Shown here in pieces: positions 39,560-49,811 of a stretch of 49,811 nt of DNA (positions are counted from its first letter, which is position 1; every line of letters starts with the position of its first letter). This stretch comes from Octopus sinensis (lineage: Eukaryota). A program made the translations under genes and the position numbers. The notes under the pieces were generated by a model. That model was not told where the DNA came from, searched no databases, and saw only the letters and a program-made list of their open reading frames with translations. Location: positions 1 through 49,811 of the forward strand of contig NW_021834478.1 of assembly GCF_006345805.1 (NCBI RefSeq), given 5' to 3'.

Positions 39560-40400
39560 TAAAAGACGAAGACAAGTCTTTAAACAACAAACAGGTGTAT
39601 TAGTTTAACGCTCGAGAAGTGAGAAAGTGTTTTACGTTCCGAGCCTACGCTCTTCAACAGACAGGAATAAGAGAAAATAAACACAGAAAGAATGAAAAAA
39701 GCTTTTGTGGCAGGCGGTCAATCATGGTGATATGTGTATGCGTATGTGTTTGTATGTGTAGAAAACTAAGGTATTCTATTCTACGCGGGTAGAAATCTAG
39801 AAAAATGTTGAGAATGCACCGGGGTTCGATTGTATTTCTTGCTAACTCCAGGAGCTCCTGATCAACAAACAGGTGTATTAGTTTAACCCTCAGGAAGTGA
39901 GAAAGTCTTTCACGTTTCGAACCAATGCTCTTCGACAAAAAGGAACACGAGAAGATAACAGAGAATTAAAAAAGCTTTAGTGGCTAGCGGTCAATCATGG
40001 CGATATGTGTATGCGTATGTGTTTGTATGTGTAGAAAACTAAGGCATTCTATTCCACACGGGTAGAAATCTAGAAAAATGTTGAAAATACACCGGGGTTC
40101 GATTGTATTTCTTGCTAACTCCAGGAGCTCCTGATCAGCAAATCTAAGATTAAAGGATGGTTAACCGACCGCGACCAACACAACTTAATGTATACCTAAT
40201 TGAAATTTATAGAAAAGCAAAAGACGAAGACAGGTGTATGAACAAGAAGCAGGTGTAATAGTTTGACACTCGGGAAAAGAAAAATGTATCTGACGCTTCG
40301 GGCCTACGACCTTCAGCAGAAAGGAACAAGAAAATATAATCTAAGAGAGAATGAAAAAAACAGATTTGTAGATTTAGCGATCAAGCATGGCGGATGATTA
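39560..40400 (-). repeat. Three-unit tandem repeat (periods about 278 and 380 bp), Penelope pseudo-LTR/retrozyme-like
   Basis: The aggtgtattagttt(a/g)ac anchor block starts at about 39588, 39866 and 40246; each unit has a YYGAAGR-gcgtaggctc-like-GAAACGU motif on the minus strand. Confidence 0.6.
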
Positions 40401-40709
40401 GAAAAAAAGTTTGATAGAAGAGGTTGAAAGAAGGGAATAAAGTGATAGTGATCCTAAATAAAGGTGCGCATGCGTAGTGTGTAAATGTGAGAATGTTGTG
40501 TGTGAATGTGTAAGTATGTGTGTATGAATAGAGGCTAGTGACTCTGAGGTGTGTGAGTGTGGGCGTGTGTAAACGTGTGCGTCTGTAGGGTGTGTGTGTG
40601 TTGTGTGTAGCAGTTGAGGTGAGCTTTTGAGGTGGTGTGTGTACCTGTATGTGTGTATTATGTGTGTATACAGTGTGCATATGTGTTGTATATATATGTA
40701 TGCCGAATA

Positions 40710-40810
40710 TTGATTTCAAATTTTGACACAAGGCCGGCAATTTTGAAGGATGGGTTACGTCGATTACATCGACCCCAGGGCTCGACTGGTGGTTATTTTA
40801 TCGAACTCAA
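40710..40810 (-). mobile_element. SINE family B variant, 3' fragment
   Basis: cacaaggccggcaatttt...gtcgattacatcgaccccag...ttttatcga. Confidence 0.75.
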
Positions 40811-41140
40811 CTGCCTGTGCCTGCTCCCGATGACACCCTTACTGACTGAGAAAGCAACATTTTGGAGAATTATAGTTGGAGCTTTCTTACGCATGTTAAA
40901 ATAAAAAGCAGGAAGATCACGAGTGGAATACCTTTGATCAATGGTCTGTCAGATCGGGACTGACCTGCGGTCTAACAACAAGATGAACTACAAAAACAAC
41001 GACAAAATGAACAATAACAACTAAGAAACCAGTTTGATAAAGGCTTAAAGTCAGATGGAAAAATAAAAATAAAATAATTGTATAAACTATCTCTTTGATT
41101 CACACATTATTATTGCTATTATTATTATTATTATTATCAT

Positions 41141-41205
<65 letters not shown>

Positions 41206-41249
41206 GTTGTTGTTGTTGTTATTATTATTGTTATTATTAATATTATTAC

Positions 41250-41300
<51 letters not shown>

Positions 41301-41389
41301 TATTATTATTACTATTATTATTATTATCAATATTATTATTATTAGTAGTAGTAGTAGTAGTATTATTACTAGTATTATTATCATTAAAA

Positions 41390-41420
<31 letters not shown>

Positions 41421-41525
41421 CATTGTTATTACGATTATTATTAGTAGTAGTAATAGTATTACTTTTACTTTATTTTTATCGGATTTTTTTGTGGTTTCCT
41501 AGTTCAGAGTTGACCAAAGATATTC

Positions 41526-41557
<32 letters not shown>

Positions 41558-42217
41558 CCACAATGGCCACAGAGGCACCAAAATACTATAACAAGTACGT
41601 CAATATGAAAGGCAAAAATAAGCGATTGCTACCAAATAAAAAAAAACAAAAAAACAAGCGTAAAAATAACAATAGCACCGAAAATAACAACAGTAACATG
41701 ACCAAGAATATAAACCAACAAGTGCAACAACAACAAGGTTCACAACAACAACAACAGCAACGGCAACGATAAATTGAATTATTCGACAATAGATCTTAAC
41801 AAGCAAAGAATAAAAAAATTTTACTATATAAGGTAACCTGAGAAAAATATAGTAAAAAAAAATGCAGTATTAAAATGGAACAAAGACGTCAACTAAATAC
41901 ATAAAAGAGAGAGAGAAAGAGAGAAAGAGAGAGACAGACAGATGAGAGAAAAAGAGAGACAAAGGGTATAGAATGTTCTACGGCTTTTCGCTTTGGAGTT
42001 TGGGAGAGTTGTAAAGCTTCTTATAAGCAGAGAACGGCGGCCCTATGAAACATCAACTTTGAGCATGAATATCCCATTGTGGCCTGTTTGTATTGTATCT
42101 CTATAATTAATTATATTGGAGTTTTATGAAGATACAGAAAAAAAATGTTCAGAGATGGCGAATGATATATACATACGTACGTACGTGTGTGTATGTGATT
42201 GTATGTATATATGTAGA

Positions 42218-42262
<45 letters not shown>

Positions 42263-42865
42263 GATGTATATATATATATATACATATATATATACATGCA
42301 TACATACATGCATACATACATAACTATATATACATTCATATATGCATACATATATACATTCAAACATGTTTACATGTAAGTATACATTTATGCAAATAGA
42401 TGAAAGCATAACTATATTTATCTCTGTCTATCTGTCTGTCTGTGTTTGTGTCTCTCTCTATGTATATATACATATATAAACGTATATATATATATATTTG
42501 TATGTTTCTAGATATGCATGTATATGTATATACACACACATATGTATATATATATATATATATATATATGGGTGTGTGGTGTGTGGGTGGTGTGTAAATA
42601 TTATATATATATATATATATATAATATATATTATATATGTGTGTATATATATATATGTATATATATGCATGTATGTATGTATTTATGTATGTATGTATGT
42701 ATGTATGTATGTGGGTATTTAATATTTTGTATTAATGGGACATTTCAATTAGTGTTTGAAGTGTTGAGTAAAGCACTGATATAGTTTGGGCTACCTGGTG
42801 TCATCCGTAGTCGGGGTATATGGCCGTCGGATCTACTTCAGGAACTCCGCAGTGTTGAGATGATA

Positions 42866-42968
<103 letters not shown>

Positions 42969-43593
42969 CATCCAACGAAATTCACTGCAGAAACAAGGTG
43001 AGCTCGTACTTACCTGCAAACAAACTAGCTGGTTACTACATGTGTTAAAATATTCGTGTGCCATGCAAAGTTTGAACAATTTGAAAAAAACATGCGTAAT
43101 CTACTACCCCCCCCCCCCCCCAAAAAAAAAAACAAGAAAACATTAATAAAATTGAACAGGGGAGGTAACTCACGGAGCAGAAAGAGAATAGTGGTGAGTA
43201 GTTGTGGTAGACAGGAGATAGACGGAGTATTATGATATGTGACATGATCACACATTAAAAATCCCAAATTTTAGCACATAAAATTTATCCAGCGATAGAG
43301 ACTTATTCAGTGTACAGGCGTTTTTCTTTTTTTTGTTCGCAAGTTAATCATAAGTTTTTGAGCGTACTTTTCCAGAGAAATAGGCCTGTGGCTCAACGGA
43401 TTAGAGTTCACAAATTTTCAGTACTTTGCAGCACCAGAAACCTTACAGATCTATGGAACCATAGATGAAGAATCATTTTAAAAAACCCTAAGCAAAAATT
43501 TATATCTAAGACAACAGACGAACCCGTATCAAGATTATTGAAGTTTGTGCTGTTTTAAGGTTTCGTTCATTACAACCAAAGACGGAGAGGAGT

Positions 43594-44003
43594 CTCTTTT
43601 TACTCTTTTACTTGTTTGAGTGATGTGACTGTGGCCGTGCTGGAACACCACCTTTAGTCGAGCGACAAATTGACCCCAGGACTTATTCTTTGTAAGCCTA
43701 GTACTTATTCTATCGGTCTCTTTTGCCGAACCACTAGGTTACGGGGACGTAAACATACGAGCATCGGTTGACAAGCGATGCTGGGGAGGGGACAAACACA
43801 GACACACAACATACACACACACACAATATATATATATATATATTATATATATATATATATTACATATGTATGTTTCCGACGAAAGCTCCGCTCGAAACGT
43901 TAGAATCCTCCTTCTTTCCTTCTTTCCTGAGCGTCCAATATACTATATTTGTTCCACGTCCTCGCGTTGTGTTTTTTTTTTGTGCTTTCATGTTTGGATT
44001 AAC

Positions 44004-44079
<76 letters not shown>

Positions 44080-44309
44080 ATATATATATGCATGTATGTG
44101 ATATATATATGTTATATAATATATATATATATATTATATATATTGCGACGGCTTCTTTCAGTTTCCCGTCTACCAAATCCACTCGCAAGGCTTTGGTGGG
44201 CCCTAGGCTATAGTAGAAGACACTTTCCCAAGGTGCCACGCAGTGGGACTGAACCCGGGACCATGTGGCCGGGAAGCAAGCTACTTACCACATAGCCACT
44301 CCTACGCCT
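43594..44309 (-). mobile_element. Full-length SINE family A with an insert in its internal TA tract
   Basis: 3' half 43594-43810 and 5' half 44140-44309 match the 10648-11126 copy; an unrelated block of about 130 bp lies at 43866-44000. Confidence 0.9.
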
Positions 44310-44626
44310 ATGGAAACGAAACGAAATGAAATGAAATAACGATAGCACCAATAGCAGTGATCCAAGATGGCCACTGTTTCTACTTGCAACATACAAAAGT
44401 CAAAGCAAAACTGTAATTGCTATATTTAACCTCGCTGCGAAAACTATAACTTTTGGTGAATTGACAGAATTTTCAATAACTGTGAGAGACAGAAAGGTTT
44501 GCTTTTCTCAAGAATCGTCAGAATTGCTTTGTGCACTAAACTACTGGGCTGTTACTTTTGTTTTATTCACCATGACAGACAATACATGTAGCTAAACATG
44601 TTATATGTTAGTTTTTATTATTAGCA

Positions 44627-44657
<31 letters not shown>

Positions 44658-44659
44658 CA

Positions 44660-44690
<31 letters not shown>

Positions 44691-44698
44691 TATTATTA

Positions 44699-44784
<86 letters not shown>

Positions 44785-44836
44785 GTTGTTGTTATTATTA
44801 TTATCATTATTATTATTATTACTATTATTATTATTA

Positions 44837-44883
<47 letters not shown>

Positions 44884-45025
44884 TATTATTATTATTATTA
44901 TTATCATTCAGTAAATTTATTTTTATAGCGTGCTTTCACTTCACTACCGAGCGCAGCTCTGTGTGCCTTGGGTATGTGCTGTGATTTGTTTTGATGCTTT
45001 ATTATTATTATTATTATTATTATTA

Positions 45026-45063
<38 letters not shown>

Positions 45064-45756
45064 GTTGTTGTTGTTGTTGTTGTTATTGTTGTTATTGTTG
45101 TTGTTGTTTTTGTTGTTGTTTTTGTTGTTGTTGTTGTTAGTATTATATCTATATATATATGTGTGTGAGTGTGTGTGTGCCTTGATATGCACATACACGG
45201 ACATATTCGCATATGCATATTTGTTTCATTTTGCGTTTGTGTACGCTGACTCCGAATTTTGTCGGTGCAGCTATCAAAATACTAAGACGCTGATGTATAG
45301 CAGACGATAAGAAAACCTTGGTATTTGGTGTGTAGACATATGTATGCATGCATGAATGATGTATACATACATGCATCTATACATATGTATATATATTTAT
45401 ATGCAGGCCACAGGTATATATGTTTATATATATACACATGCATAAATGATATAAATATGCATGAGTGTATACATACATAAATAAATATATATATGGGTAT
45501 ATGTACATATATATAATATATATATACGTTCATAAATACATTTAAGTATATCTATGTATATATACATATATTTCTATATATTTATGAATACATATATATA
45601 TATGTATATTCATGCATATATATACATATATTCTACGCATACACACGCGCACGCACACACACAAATATATATATATATACATATATCCAAATGCATACAT
45701 ACATACATATATATATATATATACTTTATTTAAAGCAGCAGAAAATTCAACAAAAC

Positions 45757-45794
45757 CTGTTACTCTGAGTTTCACGTTGCCGTTCGTCGGACAG
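45757..45794 (-). ncRNA. Type-I minimal hammerhead ribozyme motif with U4C core
   Basis: CUGU-CCGACGA-ACG-GCAA-CGU-GAAA-CUC-A-GAG-UA-ACAG: all three stems pair perfectly, with a GNRA loop II and GUA triplet. Confidence 0.68.
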
Positions 45795-45804
45795 TATACT
45801 CCGG

Positions 45805-45835
<31 letters not shown>

Positions 45836-45925
45836 GTTTATATATATATGTGCATATATACATACGTAGATATATTTACATATGTACACACAGACACATA
45901 CACACACGCACACACAAACACACAA

Positions 45926-45958
<33 letters not shown>

Positions 45959-46251
45959 CATACATACATATATTCACACACATATGCATTCATGTATCAC
46001 ACTGTCTTCGTATCAGTTCGTTTCTTTGTGCAAGTACCTCAATAAATATATATAGATTTATGAATGTGAACAGGTGTGTTTGTGTGTACTTGCGTGTGAG
46101 TATGTGTGTGTGTACGTGTGTGATTGACTACACATTACCTCTCTCTCACATACATACCTATAAGAATGTATGTGAGTGTAGCTGACGTATAGTTGACTAA
46201 ATGTATGTGCACATCAATATATATATGTATACAATGCATTATCAAACTCAC

Positions 46252-46407
46252 CATATACGTGTGTGTGTGTATATATTTGCTTGCATCTATATATGTATGT
46301 ATGTATTTGTGTGTTGGTGTAGATGCGATAGTACGTCTGTGCTCTGTGTGTAAGTGGTGGTGGTTGCCGTGGAGCGATAGCGTTTGTGTGTATCTTTGTT
46401 TTCAGAT
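46252..46407 (-). CDS. Weak candidate exon (156 nt, phase 1-1)
   Basis: Acceptor tttcctgttcttctaaatacAG, donor ATG|GTGAGT, open frame; about half is CA/TA-repeat-like. Confidence 0.2.
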
Positions 46408-46502
46408 CTGTATTTAGAAGAACAGGAAAAATATTGTTTGCGGGAATGGAATTATCCAAAAAACGAATTGGTGAGATAGATTGACATGAGGATGATGTGC
46501 AA

Positions 46503-46533
<31 letters not shown>

Positions 46534-46600
46534 GTATGTATATATATATTATATATATTGTATGTATATATGTAATTGTATGTATATAGATAGATAGATA

Positions 46601-46632
<32 letters not shown>

Positions 46633-46697
46633 TATGATAGATAGATGATAGATAGTATAGATAGATGGATGATAGATAGATAGATAGATAGATAGAT

Positions 46698-46772
<75 letters not shown>

Positions 46773-46852
46773 CTATATAGATGGATGGAAAGATAGAAAG
46801 ATAGAGAGAGAGAAACAGAAAGAGAGATACATATATAGATTAAAACATAGGC

Positions 46853-46901
<49 letters not shown>

Positions 46902-47052
46902 CTGATAGATAGATGTAGAGTCAAAGAGAAAGAAAGAGTGAGAGAGAGATGATAGACAGGCAGGCAGAACGGCGGACAGTCAGACAGGCAAACACAAAGA
47001 CCAACAGACAGACAGACAGACAGACTGGCAGAAGCGACTGTCAAAGACATAC

Positions 47053-47245
47053 TATAATATAGTGAATCTTTATTATTGTAATCAACGTCAATGTGCAAAG
47101 TACCGACACTGCAACCAACACCACACCGCAACCGCAACCACACCGACACCGCCGCCACCACCACCACCACCACCACTACGGCCGCCACCACTACCACCAC
47201 ACAATACATTCCTATACACCCAATTTTCGTTAGAGTCTCTTTCAT
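47053..47245 (-). CDS. Candidate first coding exon of a secreted or single-pass membrane protein
   Basis: aaacATGa start; MKETLTKIGCIGMYCVVVVVAAVVVVVVVVAAVSVWLRLRCGVGCSVGTLHIDVDYNNKDSLYY; phase-1 donor ATA|GTATGT. The frame is open upstream to another ATG at 48127 (aaaaATGg). Confidence 0.45.
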
Positions 47246-47289
47246 GTTTCTTTGTAGTTTAAAGCACAGAGAAGACTGATAGGTTGTGG

Positions 47290-47407
47290 GATGCGTGGGT
47301 GGGAGGTGATAAAGGTGGTGGTGGTGGTGGTGGTGGTGGTGGTAGTTGCGGTGGTGGTGTTGCTGCTGGTTGTGGTAGTTGTTGTTGTTGTCAGTAGTAG
47401 AAGTAGC

Positions 47408-47443
<36 letters not shown>

Positions 47444-47449
47444 ATGATT

Positions 47450-47489
<40 letters not shown>

Positions 47490-47786
47490 CGATGATGGTT
47501 GTTGTAGTGGTTGCGGTGGTGGTGGAGGTGGTAGTAGTGATGTTGGTGCCGGTTGTTGTTTGTGGTGATGATGGTGATGATGATGATGATGTTAACGACG
47601 GTGATGATGACGAGGATGATGACGATGATGATGATGATGAGGATGTTGACGACGGTGATGATGACGATGATGATGATGATGGTGGTGGCAATGATGGCAT
47701 CAGTGGTAGTGATGGTGATGGTGGTGTTGACGATGTTCCCTGCCGGTTGAAGTTGCGGAGTAAACTGTGTAGGTGGTCCTTCTTTT

Positions 47787-47830
<44 letters not shown>

Positions 47831-48030
47831 TGTAGTAGTAGTTGTTGTTATTGTTGTTGTTGTTGTTGTAGTAGTAGTGGTGGTGGTGGTGGTGGTGGTG
47901 GTGGTGGTAGGTGTCATCGTCATTGTGGATGCAGGCGTGAATGATGATTCTGGATTTTGAAGTCGTTGTGGTGGTGGTGGGTGGTGGTGGTGGTGGTGGT
48001 GGTAGTGTTGGTGGTGGTGTTGGCGGTGGT
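47290..48030. repeat. GC-richer trinucleotide mosaic (GGT/GAT/GTA/GTT)
   Basis: Seen directly; would be the 5' UTR or a low-complexity N-terminus of the candidate gene. Confidence 0.9.
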
Positions 48031-48136
48031 GGTGATCAGTGTAGTAGCTGTAACCGTCTCCTAGGCTATAGCCGTCGTCGTCGTCGTGGCAATCGTGGTT
48101 GCTTCCGCTTTTTTTTTCTTTCTCCATTTTTAGCCA

Positions 48137-48265
48137 CAGGTCATCTCTTGACCTGCTGACCAATGACCAACATAATTCCAGACGTCACCAATCACATCTT
48201 TTTGTATTCAGACATATTCTCATACGGCCTTAGCAACAGAATCTTTCATTTTTCCTAAGACGTCA
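48137..48265. promoter_or_regulatory. Promoter-like cluster: two CCAAT boxes, two CRE-like AGACGTCA sites, AGGTCA inverted repeat with 5-nt spacer
   Basis: CAGGTCA-tctct-TGACCTG 48137-48155; CCAAT 48160-48164 and 48188-48192; agacgtca 48180-48187 and 48258-48265. Confidence 0.45.
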
Positions 48266-48339
48266 ATGCTTGACACGAAGGTAGACTTCACTGTTATTTC
48301 AAGCACATCTAATTATCATAAATACAATTTTCGTATCGT

Positions 48340-48545
48340 TAAAACTTAAAACGCATATGCCATATCCTGGCTTTGGGTAAAGAAAATATAGAAATATCAG
48401 TTAATTATGATTTTATTCAACATATTCCCTTCTCAGATTCACACGCTTATTGCATCTGTCATCTTTTTTTCTAAATCCTGCAAAAGAACGCTTCCAAGCA
48501 GATCTTTCGCGACACGTTTAAAGGTAGGAACTGTCCAGCACCTGT
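48340..48545 (-). mobile_element. Ancient mariner transposase 3' end remnant
   Basis: Minus strand ...RCNKRVNLRREYVE-stop resembles the mariner C-terminus W-x-KC-(V/I)-xxx-GEYVE. Confidence 0.55.
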
Positions 48546-48797
48546 CATATTTCAAAATAGAAGACTAGAAAAATTTGGTGAATTTTTAACTCCATGTTAC
48601 ATACGTTTCGTTACTGAATAGAGTTACAAAGTGTATACATGTAGAAAATATGTATAGAATCTCCTATCCGTAATTTTAAAAAATTTTTAAATAATACAAA
48701 ATTATACTGCAATTTTTAGTATTCAGCATTAATCAGGAGTATATTGTGAGAAAGAGGGGATACATTAAAGAAGAGGATGCAGCTTGGGACTATCGCC

Positions 48798-48840
<43 letters not shown>

Positions 48841-48892
48841 ATATATGTGTGGTGTGTGTGTGGTGTGTATGTGTGTGTGTGTGTATGTATGT

Positions 48893-49189
48893 TCTTTTAT
48901 TCTTTTAGTTGTTTCAGTCATTTGACGGTGGCCATGCTGAAGCACCGCCTTTAGTCGAACAAATCGACACCAGGATTTATTCTTTGTAAACTGTGTACGT
49001 ATTCTATCGGTCCCTTTTTCCGAACAGCTAAGTTACGGGGACGTAAGCACGCCAACATCTGTTGTCAATCGAAGGAGGCGGGGAAACAAACACAGACACA
49101 CACACAAATATATACATGTACATATATATATATATATATACGACAAGCTTCTTTCAATTTCCATCTACCAAATCCACTCACAAGGCTTT
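48893..49189 (-). mobile_element. SINE family A, 5'-truncated
   Basis: gttgtttcagtcatttgacggtggccatgctgaagcaccgcctttagtcgaacaaatcgac...ctaccaaatccactcacaaggcttt. Confidence 0.88.
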
Positions 49190-49811
49190 ACAGCCACAGC
49201 TTGTATTACAACACGTAGCTGCCAACTATCAACAGTTTCGACTAGCACGTTTTGTAGTTTCCTTCTTGATTGCTATTTACAATTGAAAATCTATCTAAGA
49301 AGCATTCTCCATTAATTTACATAAATTTTCAGCCTTCATAATTCTTTCGACTGGCCAGCCACTAGTAGCGAGAGGAGAAACGAAATAAATCAGCTTATAT
49401 TTTCCTAAATACAACCCCTGATTTCTAAATAGGGCTTATCATATGAGACCAAAAATGTGGTTATTATGTATATATATATATATATATACATAATAACCAC
49501 ATCTGCGACATCTTGAAAGAAGGATCAGAATTTATACTGGAACAAGGCCACCAGTTCACCATTAGAACAAACTTCACCTGCGCATCAGAAAACTTAATTT
49601 ACGTCATAACATGCGCAGGCTGCAATAGGCAGTATATAGGCCATACAAAAAATAGCTTACGTAACAGGATGGTGGTGCATAAATCACAAATTAGAAACCC
49701 AGAATACTGGAAAATACCGGTCAGCGGACACATAGATAGATGTGCTGGAAATGTAAATCCGAAATTTACAACTAACCCGCTCTATAAATTCAGTGACAAC
49801 GCAACCTTCAC

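Noticed and set aside
37493-39603. Poly-D, poly-M, poly-I and poly-S ORFs as biomineral-like or low-complexity proteins
   Set aside because: Direct translations of (CAT)n/(AAT)n in several frames, with no unique domain or convincing splice context.
41500-41772. Q/N-rich plus-strand ORFs
   Set aside because: Built from (CAA)n/(AAT)n repeats with weak splice signals; typical intronic filler.
43107-43121. C/G homopolymer as a G-quadruplex element
   Set aside because: Length is unreliable given apparent homopolymer inflation elsewhere in the window.
44335-44595. 87-codon plus-strand open frame (faint peptidase C45 resemblance) and a minus-strand mini-exon IENSVNSPKVIVFAAR (faint nicastrin resemblance)
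   Set aside because: No start or credible acceptor on the plus strand, a weak donor on the minus strand, and no supporting neighbouring exons.
46697-48163. 488-aa ORF as a single-exon gene
   Set aside because: Mostly stop-free triplet and tetranucleotide repeats, a non-ATG start, and it runs past a good donor into (TATC)n. Only the 47245-47053 part is retained as a candidate.

Overview
AT-rich, microsatellite-dense eukaryotic DNA, most likely from an octopus or other coleoid cephalopod. This is inferred from the recalled SINE/LINE families and the extreme (TA)n/(TATC)n/(TAA)n/(CAT)n load. There is no intact, identifiable host gene, and almost all listed ORFs are microsatellite artefacts. The window is a mosaic of four tRNA-headed SINE families, a 5'-truncated Tx1/L1-clade LINE sitting inside a (TATC)n tract, R4/Dong and CR1-like LINE fragments, a nested Tc1 remnant, mariner ends, a non-autonomous Helitron and three long inverted repeats. 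A promoter-like motif cluster (about 48.1-48.3 kb) and a signal/TM-coding first exon (47245-47053, minus) suggest most of the window is intronic to an unidentified minus-strand gene. The most interesting signal is a set of type-I minimal hammerhead ribozyme motifs from unrelated repeat families. One has a fully canonical core (22.6 kb), one has a compensated U3-A8 core (31.0 kb) and one has a U4C core (45.8 kb). Degenerate copies also occur, including a tandem 280-380 bp array resembling Penelope pseudo-LTRs or retrozymes. Limits: everything was read by eye, coordinates may be off by a few bases, family names come from recalled motifs rather than database searches, and homopolymer runs and single-base frameshifts may be long-read errors.
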